Shown here: positions 1 to 13,230 of the stretch, piece by piece | Layout: each line of letters starts with the position of its first letter | How positions within the stretch are numbered: the stretch's first letter is position 1 | Assembly (NCBI GenBank): GCA_951406725.2 | Contig: OX597832.1 | Coordinates: 17,298,001 to 17,362,000 of the forward strand | Direction of reading: 5' to 3' | Origin: Octopus vulgaris | Taxonomy: Eukaryota | Length of the DNA: 64,000 nt | Notes under the pieces: model-generated | What the model saw: only the letters and a program-made list of their open reading frames with translations | Told to the model about the DNA's origin: nothing | Database searches by the model: none | Program-made: the position numbers and the translations under genes

Positions 1-237
1 TGCTTACAGAAAAATAATACAAAGAAAAACAAAAACAACAATAAAAATAACTAATCCAAAAGATACAAATGTTAAGAATTCCCCACCTCCAAATAAAAAG
101 TATCATCAACAAGAGAAGATAACTTTGAGAGAGTTGCACCAACTATATTTACGTGTACGTTTGTGTGTGACTCCAAGTTTTTCACCCTCTGCCTGTCACA
201 GTTTTCCTACCAGGCTGTCTTTCAGTCTATCTATCAT

Positions 238-294
<57 letters not shown>

Positions 295-722
295 CTCTTT
301 ATCTTCTGTCTAATCTCTTCACACTATCTTTCATTCTCTTCTCCACGCTCTCCTGCTTTTTCGCTTTTGATACGTTTTCTTTCCCATTTTTTACTTACAC
401 ATATACACGTGCATGCATACATACATACTTACATATACATATATATAACTGTATTCGCATACTTATGCTTATATGTATACATATATATATATACACACAT
501 ATATATTATATATACATCCCTTTATATATGTATATATACATATATATGTATATATATATATGTATATGTATATGTATATATATATGTGTCTGTGTATACG
601 TATGTAGGCAGATACACATACATGGAAAAATAGATACGGATGAAAGCATATATACTTAAGTACACGCGCACACGCTTACAAAATCGTACACATCTTAGAC
701 GAAAAGTTACCAAAATACCTTC

Positions 723-792
<70 letters not shown>

Positions 793-1185
793 TATATATG
801 TATGTATGTATGTATATATGCCGAAAAGTCATGTAATGGGTGTATTGACAAAAGCTGAAAAAAAGATGTGATATTTTTACTTTTAACAAAACGAAGAAAG
901 AAGATACGAATAAAATACATACATACATATATAGATAGATACTTACATACATACACGCATACACACACTCACACACACACATAAGCATATGTAGACATAT
1001 ATACAAGACCAGGACACCTAAACAAAACAATAGGTATACTACCACTGTTAATAATACTATTACTAATACTGTTACTGTTGATAAGAATGATAACAAATAT
1101 AATAACCACAGCAAGAACATCAATACCACAATACCAACAAGAGGAGCAACAATGAAATACCATCAATAACAACAACAACAACAAC

Positions 1186-1240
<55 letters not shown>

Positions 1241-1423
1241 GTAAGAAGAAGGAGGAGTAGAAGAAGAAGAAGAAGAAGAAGAAGAAGAAGAAGGAGAAAT
1301 TGAAGAAGTAGGAATAGAAGAAGAAGAAGAAGAAGAAGAAGAAGAAGAAGAAGAACAAGAAGAAAAAGAAGAAAAAGAAGAAGAAAAATAACTGGAATGA
1401 TAATAATGATATTGATGATGATG

Positions 1424-1469
<46 letters not shown>

Positions 1470-2322
1470 TAATAATAATAATAATGATGATGATGATGAT
1501 GATGATAATAATACTGATAATAAATAATAGCAGAAGGATTAACTAACTACATATTGTATCCAAGTATGTTGTATTCAGTGAAATAGAATCAGATGCAATT
1601 CTTTAGATGGCTATAGATTGTAACCATGCATACAATGCGTTTCTTACTACTTGATTACCACTCTTGTACTCTTTCACAGTAGAGAAGGTTTCGATATGGT
1701 GACTGCCACTGTAACCAATCAGATTTTATTTTAATTTTTTTTTTCGTATTTTCTGCGGTGTTTTCTTTAAAATTTTTTTTTGTAAGGTGTTTTTATCTCG
1801 GAGTTTTATTTCTATATATTTATTTATTTATTATTTATTTTTTTTAGCTATAAGAATTCTTTACTTTCGAAGACTTTATTTATTTATATGTATTTTTATT
1901 ATTTGTATTGCGTGCATTTTTTTAAACGATGTTTATTTTATTTTATTTATTTATACATTTATTTATTTATTTTGGCTGTTATGTGCTATATTTTATGTTT
2001 TCTCTTATTTTTTATTTTTTTCAAGGGGGTAGTTTGAAGTATTTTTAAACATATATATATATATACAATTATGCATGTTTGTATATACGTGTATTATAAT
2101 CTATGTTTATATATATATGTATATATATATATATATATGCGCATATATGTATGTGTGTCTACATATATGAATATATGTGCTTGTGCGCGCATGTATATAT
2201 ATATATATATGTACGCATGTACACACATATGTATGTATATCTATATATATTATATGTTATATATTTTGTATATATATATATATATATATACATATATATC
2301 CATACATACATACATATATATA

Positions 2323-2376
<54 letters not shown>

Positions 2377-2541
2377 AGGAGTGAGAAAGAGATGAAGGGA
2401 GGGAGAGAAGTGAAGAATTTTTTCTAGTCATCTTGTATCATGTGACACAAGGCCTAACATTCAATTGTTATTTGCTGTTGTTCTTTTCCTTATTGTTCTT
2501 TTTGTTGTCGATATCTTTGTAGTTATTGTTGCTGTTGTTGC

Positions 2542-2581
<40 letters not shown>

Positions 2582-2811
2582 GATTTGGTTGTTGCTGTTC
2601 TTGCTATGATCATCTTACCGATGCTGTTGCTGTTTTTGTAGGCGCCTTTTCTAATTTGCTGCATTTTGCTTTTCTTAATTTGATCTTCTTTGATGCAAAC
2701 ACAAATATATTCATACACATATACTCACTCCTCGAGATTTATGTACAGAAGAAGACACGGCAAAACACACCAAAATAGCATTGCCTAAGTCTTATTAATT
2801 ATATGTATGCG

Positions 2812-2944
<133 letters not shown>

Positions 2945-3972
2945 TTGTATGTGTATCTATCTATCTATTTATCTATACATACATACATACATTCATGCAC
3001 CCACATATCTGTGTACGTGAATACATGCATATATGCTCATTGATAAAGAGATATATAGATAGACAGATAGACAGACAGATAGACAGACAGTCAGATATGC
3101 AGACAGATAGATATACAAACAGATAGTCAGATAGATAGATAGATAGTTAGAAAGAAAGAAAGACAGAAACATATATAGATAGATAAATAGGCAGGGAGAG
3201 GATGAGAGAAAAAGAGATAGAGGGAGAGAGGAAAAGAGAGAGAGGGGGAGATAACTAGAAAGATAGAGAGATAAAGTCAGTTATATAGACATATGGATAG
3301 CCAGATTAAGGGTTTAAAGTTTGTGGAGTTTGCTTAAAGAATAGAACTCCGAAATATATAAAATATATATTTATCTCTTCAATGCATGCATATTTAAACA
3401 CATTCACATATGCGCACACATTATCTTTGGAGGAATTTATTTTCAAACACTCGACTCACACCCACATACATTTACACAAAAGTTGCTCGTCCATATATCT
3501 ATACATTGTTTCACAATGTTTCTTTGCATCAGTTCTTTTCCCAGTTCCACTCCTTGAGACAGGGGAACATTTAGAGAAAGTTCCTGCCCTGCAGTATATC
3601 TTATAAAATGTTTCATTGCAACAAATATCACCCATGTGCATGGGTTTAAACTAGCCATTCCAGACACCATACCGAGTAGTGCGTATCTTTGGCAACGAAA
3701 GATATTTAGGATGTGTAAGGTCACTCGGTTAGTTTCCAGTTAGTTATCTCCCCTTGTGGGCTATTTTGTTTTTCATTTTCTTTCTTTATATGTTTATGCA
3801 GTAGTTTCTCTGTTTGTCCCTTTATTTTCATGACAATTTCTCGTTACTCGATTGAGCGAAACATTATTACTGTTTAATTACACCCTCCACCTTCCTTCCT
3901 TCCTTCCCTACGCTCGCGAAGTCATTATTATTAATTTCTTTATTGTATTAATTTCTTTACATCAGTGCAATA

Positions 3973-4005
<33 letters not shown>

Positions 4006-4768
4006 ACAACTACTATTACTCCAACAACTACTACTGCTACTATCACAAACCCCAACCCCAACACCAATACGATACAACGACTAAACACCACCACCACCAC
4101 CGCCACCGTCACCACAACCACCACCGCCACCGCCACCGCCACCACCACCACCACTACTACTACTATGATATTTATAGCAATAACCACGGTAATGTTTTGC
4201 AGACAATATTACAGATGATTTTATTTTTAGCGATGAAGTGTTGCAGAGAATCAGCCGCATATTTTCGGAATGCTGAGAGCAGAAATTCGGTGGCACAGTC
4301 TCATTCGGTGCCACAGACTCAGATGTTTGTCACAGACTGATTCAACAAGGTTTTCTATTATTAGATATATCCATCAACTGGCTTTGTTGCCTTCGACACA
4401 GTCCAACATAGTCTGGTAGGCCAAGTGCGCACCTGAGCACCAGACCTGAAATATTTCACGTCCTTGTGCATATACATGTGTGTGTTGTGTGTGTGTGTTG
4501 TGTGTGTGTGTTTGTTGTGTCTGTGTATGCATATATCCACCCTTTTTCTTTAATTTTCTAACGTGCTTAATTTGCTGGGGCATCGCCACCAACTTTTAAG
4601 TTGCGTAAACCGACCCCAGCACTTCTTTAAAAGCCTTATTCTATCAGCATCTTTTTCCCAGCCGCTAAGTTATGGATAGATACATACATGCATGCATGCA
4701 TAAATACATACATACATACATACATACATACATACATACATACATACATACATACATACATACATACA

Positions 4769-4801
<33 letters not shown>

Positions 4802-6249
4802 GCATATGTGAATACATTAACTTGCTGCTGAAAAGTGAAGAAAACCATATCCCAATGTGTCCGCAGTGAGATACTCAGGAAGCACTTACTTCTTGGTGAC
4901 CTCCCATACAACTCATAATCAGCTAGACTAAAATAGCTGAATATGAGATGTTCAATATAGCAAAAAAAAAAAAAAAAAAAAACAACCAAAAAGAAAGAGA
5001 TCATACATGTGTACGATTCCTGAAGGCTTTAAAGGAAACAGTGATACCGACATGAAGCGAAGCCTCTGTTGGACTCGTGACCGCTACATGATATCATACT
5101 TCGAAAACTATGAATTTCTATAGATCGTGTCACATTTCTGTACAAATCAGGTTTTGTGAGTAAATGACGAAGTGAGAGTCTGGTTAAGATAGGGATTTCA
5201 GAACAATAAATCAAACAAATCGCACATTACAAATACAATTTATAAGTGGAAGAATGAAAATGTGCAAGATTTGCCAAGTTTAAAATGTGCCATTGTTTTC
5301 CTTATCTACATTTCAAAGATGGAATTTTGTATCTTTGTTAGAACTCAACCTTTTGCTCAAAGGAAGAATTTAAATAATAAAAAAGTGGAGATAACATGTA
5401 CACACATGTATATTAGACTTAGGCAAACATACGCCATGTTGTTACAGAAGCCGCGTTCCCGCAAATGTTCCTGTAATATGGAGTTTTGTTACACGAAACT
5501 TATTTTCCCACCTTTCTTGCTTGATACACGTTAGCAATTGTACAAGGATTGAAAGGGAAGATGCACTTTGCATGCGGAGTTACAGTTATTCACGTTACGG
5601 TAACATTTTCAGGAGCGTAACACAAACTTTGCTTACATTATATTTTTACCTATTCGCGAACTTCCTCATGTACAGAATACGACATCACATTAATTAATGT
5701 GTTTTGTAATTGTAAATTCTGCAAAAATATCTTATTTAATGTCGGAGTTTTATCATTAATTTATAATTTCTTCATGCGCCTATATTTTCCGAACATTTTA
5801 TTCTTGAACAACGACGCTAGGCAACATTTAAAGTGCTTGAGAAATTTACTGATTTTTTTCTTCATCATTTCTATTTTAGGCTTTTTACATAAACTCCTTT
5901 AACATTTCCGTTTAATGTTGTTTAGTTTTCATCTATTTTCGGAATAAATTTGATTTGGTTTTGCATTGTGTTTGACATATGCTGATGGGGAAAACCGATT
6001 TAAAATCCAATACCCACCCAGTTCATGAAGTGTGTGCGAATGCCTGGGGGTGTTTATTAAATCGCTGAGGAAGCCCTGCCATATGGCATCTTGACATACG
6101 TCTATCTTTTACTTATTTTTGTTTAGATATATACGGGTATGGCGGGATCTTGAGCAAGTGTTTTCTTCTCTAGTCCAGACCCGACCAATGCCTTTTGAGT
6201 GAATATAAGAGACGGAAACTGTTGCAGTCTGTGGACATATATATATAAA

Positions 6250-6592
6250 ATAAATTTTTTCGTAATGAGATAAAAAAAAACCAAGGCTGTGTAGAAATTA
6301 GAACATTTATAGATAGAAGGTCTTACAGCTGTTCCCAGGATATTTATTATATTCCTTCATCGGAGACGGTGTGAGAGGATGGTTTAGTAATAGTTAATTT
6401 AGATAGGATAAAAAATAGAGAGTGAGGTGGAGGAAAGAAAATAGATGTGAGATATGTAGGCATATTGAAGTTGTAGATCCATTTTTAAGGCAGAATTGTA
6501 TATTTGTAAGATTCCAATATCTTATGAGTGAGATCCAGCAGCATTTAAACTTGGTCATTCCAAGTACAGAATTTATACACAGTGTTGTAGAG
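6250..6592 (-). mobile_element. Penelope-like element 3' remnant with decayed hammerhead
   Basis: Minus strand has frameshifted ILES...NGSTTSICLHI resembling a GIY-YIG C-terminus, followed by a hammerhead-like motif; flanked by TA tracts. Confidence 0.5.
6320..6367 (-). ncRNA. Minimal type I hammerhead ribozyme, decayed, CCGAUGA core
   Basis: Reverse complement reads GTCT CCGATGA AGGAATAT aataa ATATCCT GGGAA CAGCTG TA AGAC: helix I GTCT/AGAC, palindromic helix III, GAAA damaged. Confidence 0.55.
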
Positions 6593-6628
<36 letters not shown>

Positions 6629-7100
6629 TACACACACACACACATACACACACACACACACACACATATATTTTATTTCAGTTTCAGCTCAGAGCTGCGG
6701 CCATGCTGATGCACCACCGTTTGTATATATGTATATATACACACACACATATATATATGCACACATCGCTATCTATCTATTTATTTATCTATCTAAATAT
6801 ATATATATATATATATTTACTTACACACTTCTCTTTTGTCGGATTACCATGGTAGATGGAATTAACAGGTGGCAACCGACAGAGGGAAGTATGTAAGTAG
6901 GTATATATGTAAGTATGTAAGTATACATAAATACTTCTCTTAGGATATTTATCCTAGGCTGACAGGTGCGCCACGGATATAATCATACCATCGGATTAAA
7001 CTTTAAGACGGAATAAGAAGGTGGTAACCGATAAAGAGAAATATGCGAGCTCTTAAGAGCGCATTCTGAGGCTTTTGCTCGAACGAAACCAAGCGTGTAA

Positions 7101-7186
<86 letters not shown>

Positions 7187-7229
7187 CACATACATATATA
7201 TGTGTGTGAATATGTGTGGGTGTGTGCAT

Positions 7230-7450
7230 GTGTATGCCTTGGTCTCTGTCCAACATCGTCTACCGCTTAACAATCGTTGATGGTCTTTATATCTCCTTTA
7301 TCTAACGGTTCTCCAAAAGGAATTGATAAAATAAATAATACCAGACTTGTAAAAAAAATTCTGAAGTCACTGCATTCTACTAAACTCTTCTAAGTGGTGT
7401 CCAAGCAAGGACGCAGTCTAGTAATTCAAACAAGTTAAAGATAAAAGTTG
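7230..7450 (+). mobile_element. SINE family A, decayed 3' half
   Basis: Diverged match to the 3' half of 17428-17836. Confidence 0.65.
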
Positions 7451-7608
7451 TAACTCTAAATGAACATCGTACACAGCGTTTTTATGAATGATTTTTCTTT
7501 ACTTTAAATTCATTAATGAAATATAAGAAGACAGTAAAATGAATAATTTAAAGAGACTTGTGTGTCTTGTATGCAAGTATCGCTTTAAATTGTGGGTTAA
7601 TAATAATT

Positions 7609-7735
7609 TCTACTATAAGCCCAAGTTTTGTAATTTCGGAGGAGGGGTATGGTTGATTACATCGACCCCACTACTGAACTGGAACTTATTTTATCGACCC
7701 CAAAAGGCAAAGACAACCACGGCTGAATTTGATTG
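7609..7735 (-). mobile_element. SINE family C fragment
   Basis: acatcgacccc...acttattttatcgacccc...aaggcaaag matches 36008-36230. Confidence 0.7.
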
Positions 7736-7759
7736 TCGATTATATATATATATATATTG

Positions 7760-8140
7760 TGTGTGTGTGTGTGTGTGTTTGGGCGTCTGTGTTTGTCCAC
7801 CCACCATCGCTTGACAACCGATGTTGGTGTGGTTACGTCCGCGTAGCGTAGCAGTTCGACAAAAGATGCCCGATATAATAAGTAATAAGCTTACAAAGAA
7901 TAAGTCCTGGGGTCGATTTGTTCACCTAAAAGGTGGTGCTCCAACATAGCCACAGTCAAATGACTGAAATAAGGAACAAAAAAGAATAAAATAATATATA
8001 TATATATTCGGCAAAAGAGATGATAGATTAAGTACTGGGCTTACAAAGAATAAGTCCCGGGGTCGATTTGCTCGACTAAAGGCGGTGCTCCAGCATGGCC
8101 GCAGTCAAATGACTGAAACAAGTAAAAGAGTAAAAGAGTA
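7760..8140 (+). mobile_element. SINE family A, two tandem 3' fragments (7760-7990 and 8008-8140)
   Basis: Both end in ggtgctcca-cat-gcc-cagtcaaatgactgaaa; the second has a gtaaaaga tail repeat. Confidence 0.85.
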
Positions 8141-8309
8141 AATATATAATAGTTATCGCCCATATGGCATTCTTATAAAAATAAGAAAAAAGCTGTCCGC
8201 TTATTAGCTCCATGAGGCCATCGCCTTAAGTTAGCTATTTGATACACAAACTGTATCCATATAACCTTCGAACAAGGGAGGTCAGTCGCTCCACACTACT
8301 TGACCGGCA

Positions 8310-8351
8310 GCTACAGACGCGTTTCGGGGTATTGCCCCTTTTCAATGCAGC
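8310..8351 (-). ncRNA. Minimal type I hammerhead ribozyme, U3:A8 core variant (copy 1)
   Basis: Reverse complement of the motif at 8867-8908. Confidence 0.75.
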
Positions 8352-8671
8352 GTAGCCAGCCAGTAGGTGTCGCTTCCGACAATCTCTGTTCGATGGTTTT
8401 ATTTACCTAGTTTCGGTGGAATATATCCACTTGTTTTCAATAATAGAAATATTAAAATAACTAAGTGTCTCTAAAAGAGAACAGCGGCAGCGTTCCCGGA
8501 AAATAATAGTTATCGCCATACTAATATGGCATTCTTATAAAAATAAGAAAAAAGCTGTCCGCTTATTAGCTCCATGAGGCCATCGCCATAAGTTAGCTAT
8601 TTGATACACAAACTGTATCCATATAACCTTTGAACAAGGGAGGTCAGTCGCTCCACACTACTTGACCGGCA

Positions 8672-8713
8672 GCTACAGACGCGTTTCGGGGTATTGCCCC
8701 TTTTCAATGCAGC
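8672..8713 (-). ncRNA. Minimal type I hammerhead ribozyme, U3:A8 core variant (copy 2)
   Basis: Reverse complement of the motif at 8867-8908. Confidence 0.75.
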
Positions 8714-8866
8714 GTAGCCAGCGTAGCCAGCCAGTAGGTGTCGCTTCCGAGACTTAGTTATTTTAATATTTCTATTATTGAAAACAAGTGGATATATTCC
8801 ACCGAAACTAGGTAAATAAAACCATCGAACAGAGATTGTCGGAAGCGACACCTACTGGCTGGCTAC

Positions 8867-8908
8867 GCTGCATTGAAAAGGGGCAATACCCCGAAACGCG
8901 TCTGTAGC
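8867..8908 (+). ncRNA. Minimal type I hammerhead ribozyme, U3:A8 core variant (copy 3)
   Basis: GCTGCA TTGAAAA GGGG caata CCCC GAAA CGCG TC TGTAGC: helix I GCTGCA/TGTAGC, helix II 4 GC pairs, palindromic helix III, predicted cut after GUC at 8902. Confidence 0.78.
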
Positions 8909-9142
8909 TGCCGGTCAAGTAGTGTGGAGCGACTGACCTCCCTTGTTCGAAGGTTATATGGATACAGTTTGTGTATCAAATAGCTAACTTAAGGCGATGG
9001 CCTCATGGAGCTAATAAGCGGACAGCTTTTTTCTTATTTTTATAAGAATGCCATATTAGTATGGCGATAACTATTATTTTCCGAGAACGCTGCCGCTGTT
9101 CTCTTTTAGAGAGACTTAGTTATTTTAATATTTCTTTTATAG

Positions 9143-9182
<40 letters not shown>

Positions 9183-9266
9183 TATATATACACACACACA
9201 TATATACACACATATACCTACACACACATGTATGTTAGCACATATATATGCATATATGTATATATA

Positions 9267-9547
9267 GTGTTTTGTCTGAGGAGGGTAACTCTCTTTTAGT
9301 GCCTTATAGTTTATTTTTCTAAAAATTTTGGCTGCGTCTTGCAAACTTTTCAATGGTCAAAACAATTGAAAAGTTTACAAGACGCAACAAAAAGTTTTAG
9401 TAAAATAAAAAAGAAATAAGTGGAAATTTTACCGGGAAGTGTGTTAAATTATAAGACACTAAAAGAGAATTACTCTCCCCAGACACAACAGATTACGCTT
9501 CAACACACGAACTCACATAAAGAATCTTGCAAACCAAATCCCCAAAT

Positions 9548-9550
<3 letters not shown>
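9267..9550 (+). mobile_element. Dispersed TA-associated repeat with inverted 5' copy (pLTR-like family, also at 31110 and 44529)
   Basis: 9273-9355 is an inverted copy of 9365-9486; the body matches 44596-44772. Confidence 0.7.
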
Positions 9551-9613
<63 letters not shown>

Positions 9614-9633
9614 AGCTTTGAAATGAGTATTAT

Positions 9634-9812
9634 GAGATACAAATAGGACGAGAGTTATTTTCAAACGCACAAACGCAAATAGAACAGCAGAGATTGGACA
9701 AGCCATGGCTGCTGACAAATCTTTCCGCTATGTATGGATATCTTATTCAGTCTGTGCTATTCTATCAGCGTTTATGCGTTTGAAAATAAATTATCATCTC
9801 TGCTGTATCGCG
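9634..9812. repeat. Imperfect inverted repeat (hairpin insert between microsatellites)
   Basis: ttattttcaaacgcacaaacgc versus gcgtttatgcgtttgaaaataa, with flanking pairing. Confidence 0.7.
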
Positions 9813-9821
9813 CAATTTATA

Positions 9822-9877
<56 letters not shown>

Positions 9878-9883
9878 CATACA

Positions 9884-9919
<36 letters not shown>

Positions 9920-10229
9920 TACATACATTCACACACACATATATAAATGTATATATATAGATATATAGATATAGATAGATATGATTGTATGTAAGAATGT
10001 ATGTATGTAAAAGTGTGTGCCCGTGCACATGTGTGTAAACTTTTTCAGTCAAGATCACTAAACCAGTGATCGGTCTAAGAATGCTCGTTAATTTACAGAT
10101 AAATTATAGCATTAAAAAAATCCATAACCTTATAATGAGAAGAAAACTCTAGACAATCACCTAACAACTAATTGGCTGGACACTTATCAATATTTATGCT
10201 GCGTGCCTTTATATGTGTATGCATGAAAA

Positions 10230-10392
10230 AGAGGCAAGCTGGCAGAATCGTTAGCATGACTGACCAAGTGGTTGGCATTTCGTTCATCTTTACTATCTCA
10301 ATTCAAATGTCATTGAGATCGATTTTGCTCTTCGTCCTTTATGGGGTCGATAAAATAAGTACCATTTTGAGCACTAGAGTCGATGTAATCAA
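10230..10392 (+). mobile_element. SINE family C, decayed copy
   Basis: ggcaagctggcagaatcgttagca head; ctttatggggtcgataaaataagtacca core. Confidence 0.75.
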
Positions 10393-10889
10393 CCATCCTG
10401 CTCATAATTTCAGTCCACGTTCCTACAGAAGAACAGATATGTATACCCGTGTACTCTTAAAAGTGTGAAATACTTAGTTTATACCTGATGTGTTCGTAGT
10501 CTCTGTCCCGTTTGCCTTTGTTTATTTATTTATCTATTCACTTATTCATTTATTTATTTACTTACTTGTTTTTATTGTGTATTCACTTGTTTGTTGCCAG
10601 TTTGAGTACATCCAAAATTTTGAGATCGATACTCGTGGCGCATAAATATTTGCCACGAAATTTTCCACAAGATTCGAGGTTTAGGGTCACAAACTGGCAT
10701 CGGTTGTTTCGTTGAGGTCGGCGTGTTACGATGCGGGTCTGTAACATATACATATCTGGCCATCCGTAATATTTTCGTTTATGTAAATCTATATAAGGAT
10801 TAGTACCGACTGCAACAATTAGGATTATCTGTTAAACCACAATAGGCACAGGTCGTTGAAGTGCCGCAGAAAGTAAATTTAAAGTTATA

Positions 10890-11100
10890 TTCTCGCGTCA
10901 TGCTGGCTAACAAAGTCCCCACATGGACTGGATGCCATTCCGTCGCACCCTCACTTATTTTTGCAACCTGAGTGGACAGGAGCAATGTGAAATGAAGTGT
11001 TTTGCTCAACAACACAACGTGTTGCTCGGGTCCAGGAGTCAAAGCCAGTATGCTATGATCATGAGTCCAACACCCTGACCACTAAGGCACGCGGCTTCAC
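10890..11100 (-). mobile_element. SINE family B2, decayed copy
   Basis: Matches 31605-31857 (tRNA-like head; gagcaatgtgaaatgaagtg). Confidence 0.75.
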
Positions 11101-11301
11101 TTTTGGAATGTTTTCGGTGAATCAGTTAACATTCTTTGTTGTGCTGTTTTGTGCCGTTGTATGCAAATAATTTTCAAGAAATCGAGCACACATACGCAGC
11201 CGACATATAAACCACTTCATAGTATGGAAAAATGAATTGCCAAAATGGAATTTCGAAACTTATTGGGGTCTCATCAGTGGTGTGTACATCACTTTGTGTG
11301 C

Positions 11302-11377
<76 letters not shown>

Positions 11378-11406
11378 GGGTATATTATATATGTACATAT
11401 ACATAT

Positions 11407-11548
<142 letters not shown>

Positions 11549-11701
11549 AATGCTTACAACATACAACTATTAAACGACAGCTTTATGTTACTCCACCGTA
11601 TTCTAAGATCAGTATCCGACTTATCTTGGGGTCCGACATACTGAAATACATAGATTGTAACGGCTCCTACAACTGACCTATATATATGTGTTTGTGTGTG
11701 T

Positions 11702-11746
<45 letters not shown>

Positions 11747-12602
11747 TGAGTGTATATAAATACATATATATATGTTTGGTTTGAGAGTCAGATACACATA
11801 TACACGTACTTCACTATACTGAAGTATACAGGCGTAGAAGAAGGGAGAAAGAGAGAGAGAGAGAGAGGGGGGGGGAGAAGAAAATAAACCAAAAACAATT
11901 ATTTAGTAGATTCACTTAAATAATTCAAACATAAAATAAATAAACACATCTGCTATGGTCTGGCAGCGTTGATGCGGCCAGTGATTCTTTTGCAAAAGAT
12001 CGATATTGGCGGTGGCGGTCAGCTAGGTAGCAGTGGCATTGCTTATAGTAGTGGCTTAACAGAAACATGGCTACCATGATATACACATAGGACGATACCA
12101 ATAAGTCATTCGCGCCTAAATGCGATTCGGACAGCAGACAGTTTATATATTGCAATCAACGTCCAGATATTGATTTGTGTAAAATCAATAACGTAAACTC
12201 CGAATTTTGTCGCTGGCATGTCTTGCCTCTACCACACGCAAAGAAGTTGTTCTTGCTGTGGTTGTTGTTCTTGTTGTTGTTGGTTTTCTTGTGGTTTTGT
12301 TGAGTTTTTTTTGTTAGTTTAGGTATTTTTTGTTTTGGTAGTTTAGTTTAGTTTGGGTTGTCTTAAGTATGTTCCTAAACAGATATACATGCACACACAT
12401 ACATGCATAAATACGTACTTACATCTATACAGACGCATACACACGCACACACACACATATATATACAGACCTATATATGTATATATATGTGCATGCATGT
12501 ATAAATATATATATATATATATACATATATATGCATATGTGTATGCGTGTATGTATGTGTATGTACTTGTATATATATATATATACACATATATACATAT
12601 AA

Positions 12603-12634
<32 letters not shown>

Positions 12635-12699
12635 GCATATATATATACACATATATACATATATGTACAAATACACACGCAGACATACACACAAACACA

Positions 12700-12752
<53 letters not shown>

Positions 12753-13086
12753 GTGAAATGAGCGAAGTTGTGTTGGTTTATTTTTACAGTCTATGTACCT
12801 AAGTGTTAGTGTGGTAGGACAGTCTGTCTGTGATAAAAAGTGTGTGCATACTTCTACACATGTGTGTGTGTGTTTCTGTCTGTGTGTATACGTATGCATA
12901 CGTACATGTTCATGTTTGTGTGTGTATGGTGTCAGTTCTTATTTCCCTCTCTAAACCTAGATAAACAAATTAATTATAGTTTTGAATCACGATGGCCGAG
13001 AAAAGTGAATGAGGTGATGGTAGTGGTGGTGGTGACATCCCGGGTTAGTCTGGTTGAATAAAATCTCATTTGGTGAAGTGTGTGTA

Positions 13087-13230
<144 letters not shown>

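Larger units (their letters stand above)
8146..9135. mobile_element. Tandem plus inverted array of a ~360 bp hammerhead-containing monomer (retrozyme or Penelope pLTR-like)
   Basis: Unit 8146-8502 is repeated at 8503-8750, then an inverted full unit follows at 8751-9135 with terminal redundancy; copies are nearly identical and have no ORF. Confidence 0.85.

Noticed and set aside
4219-4340. Possible exon after ttttatttttag
   Set aside because: Short frames with no recognisable protein and no partner exons.
8146-9135. CRISPR array or prokaryotic element
   Set aside because: The repeats are ~360 bp units without unique spacers, the context is eukaryotic, and no cas genes are present.
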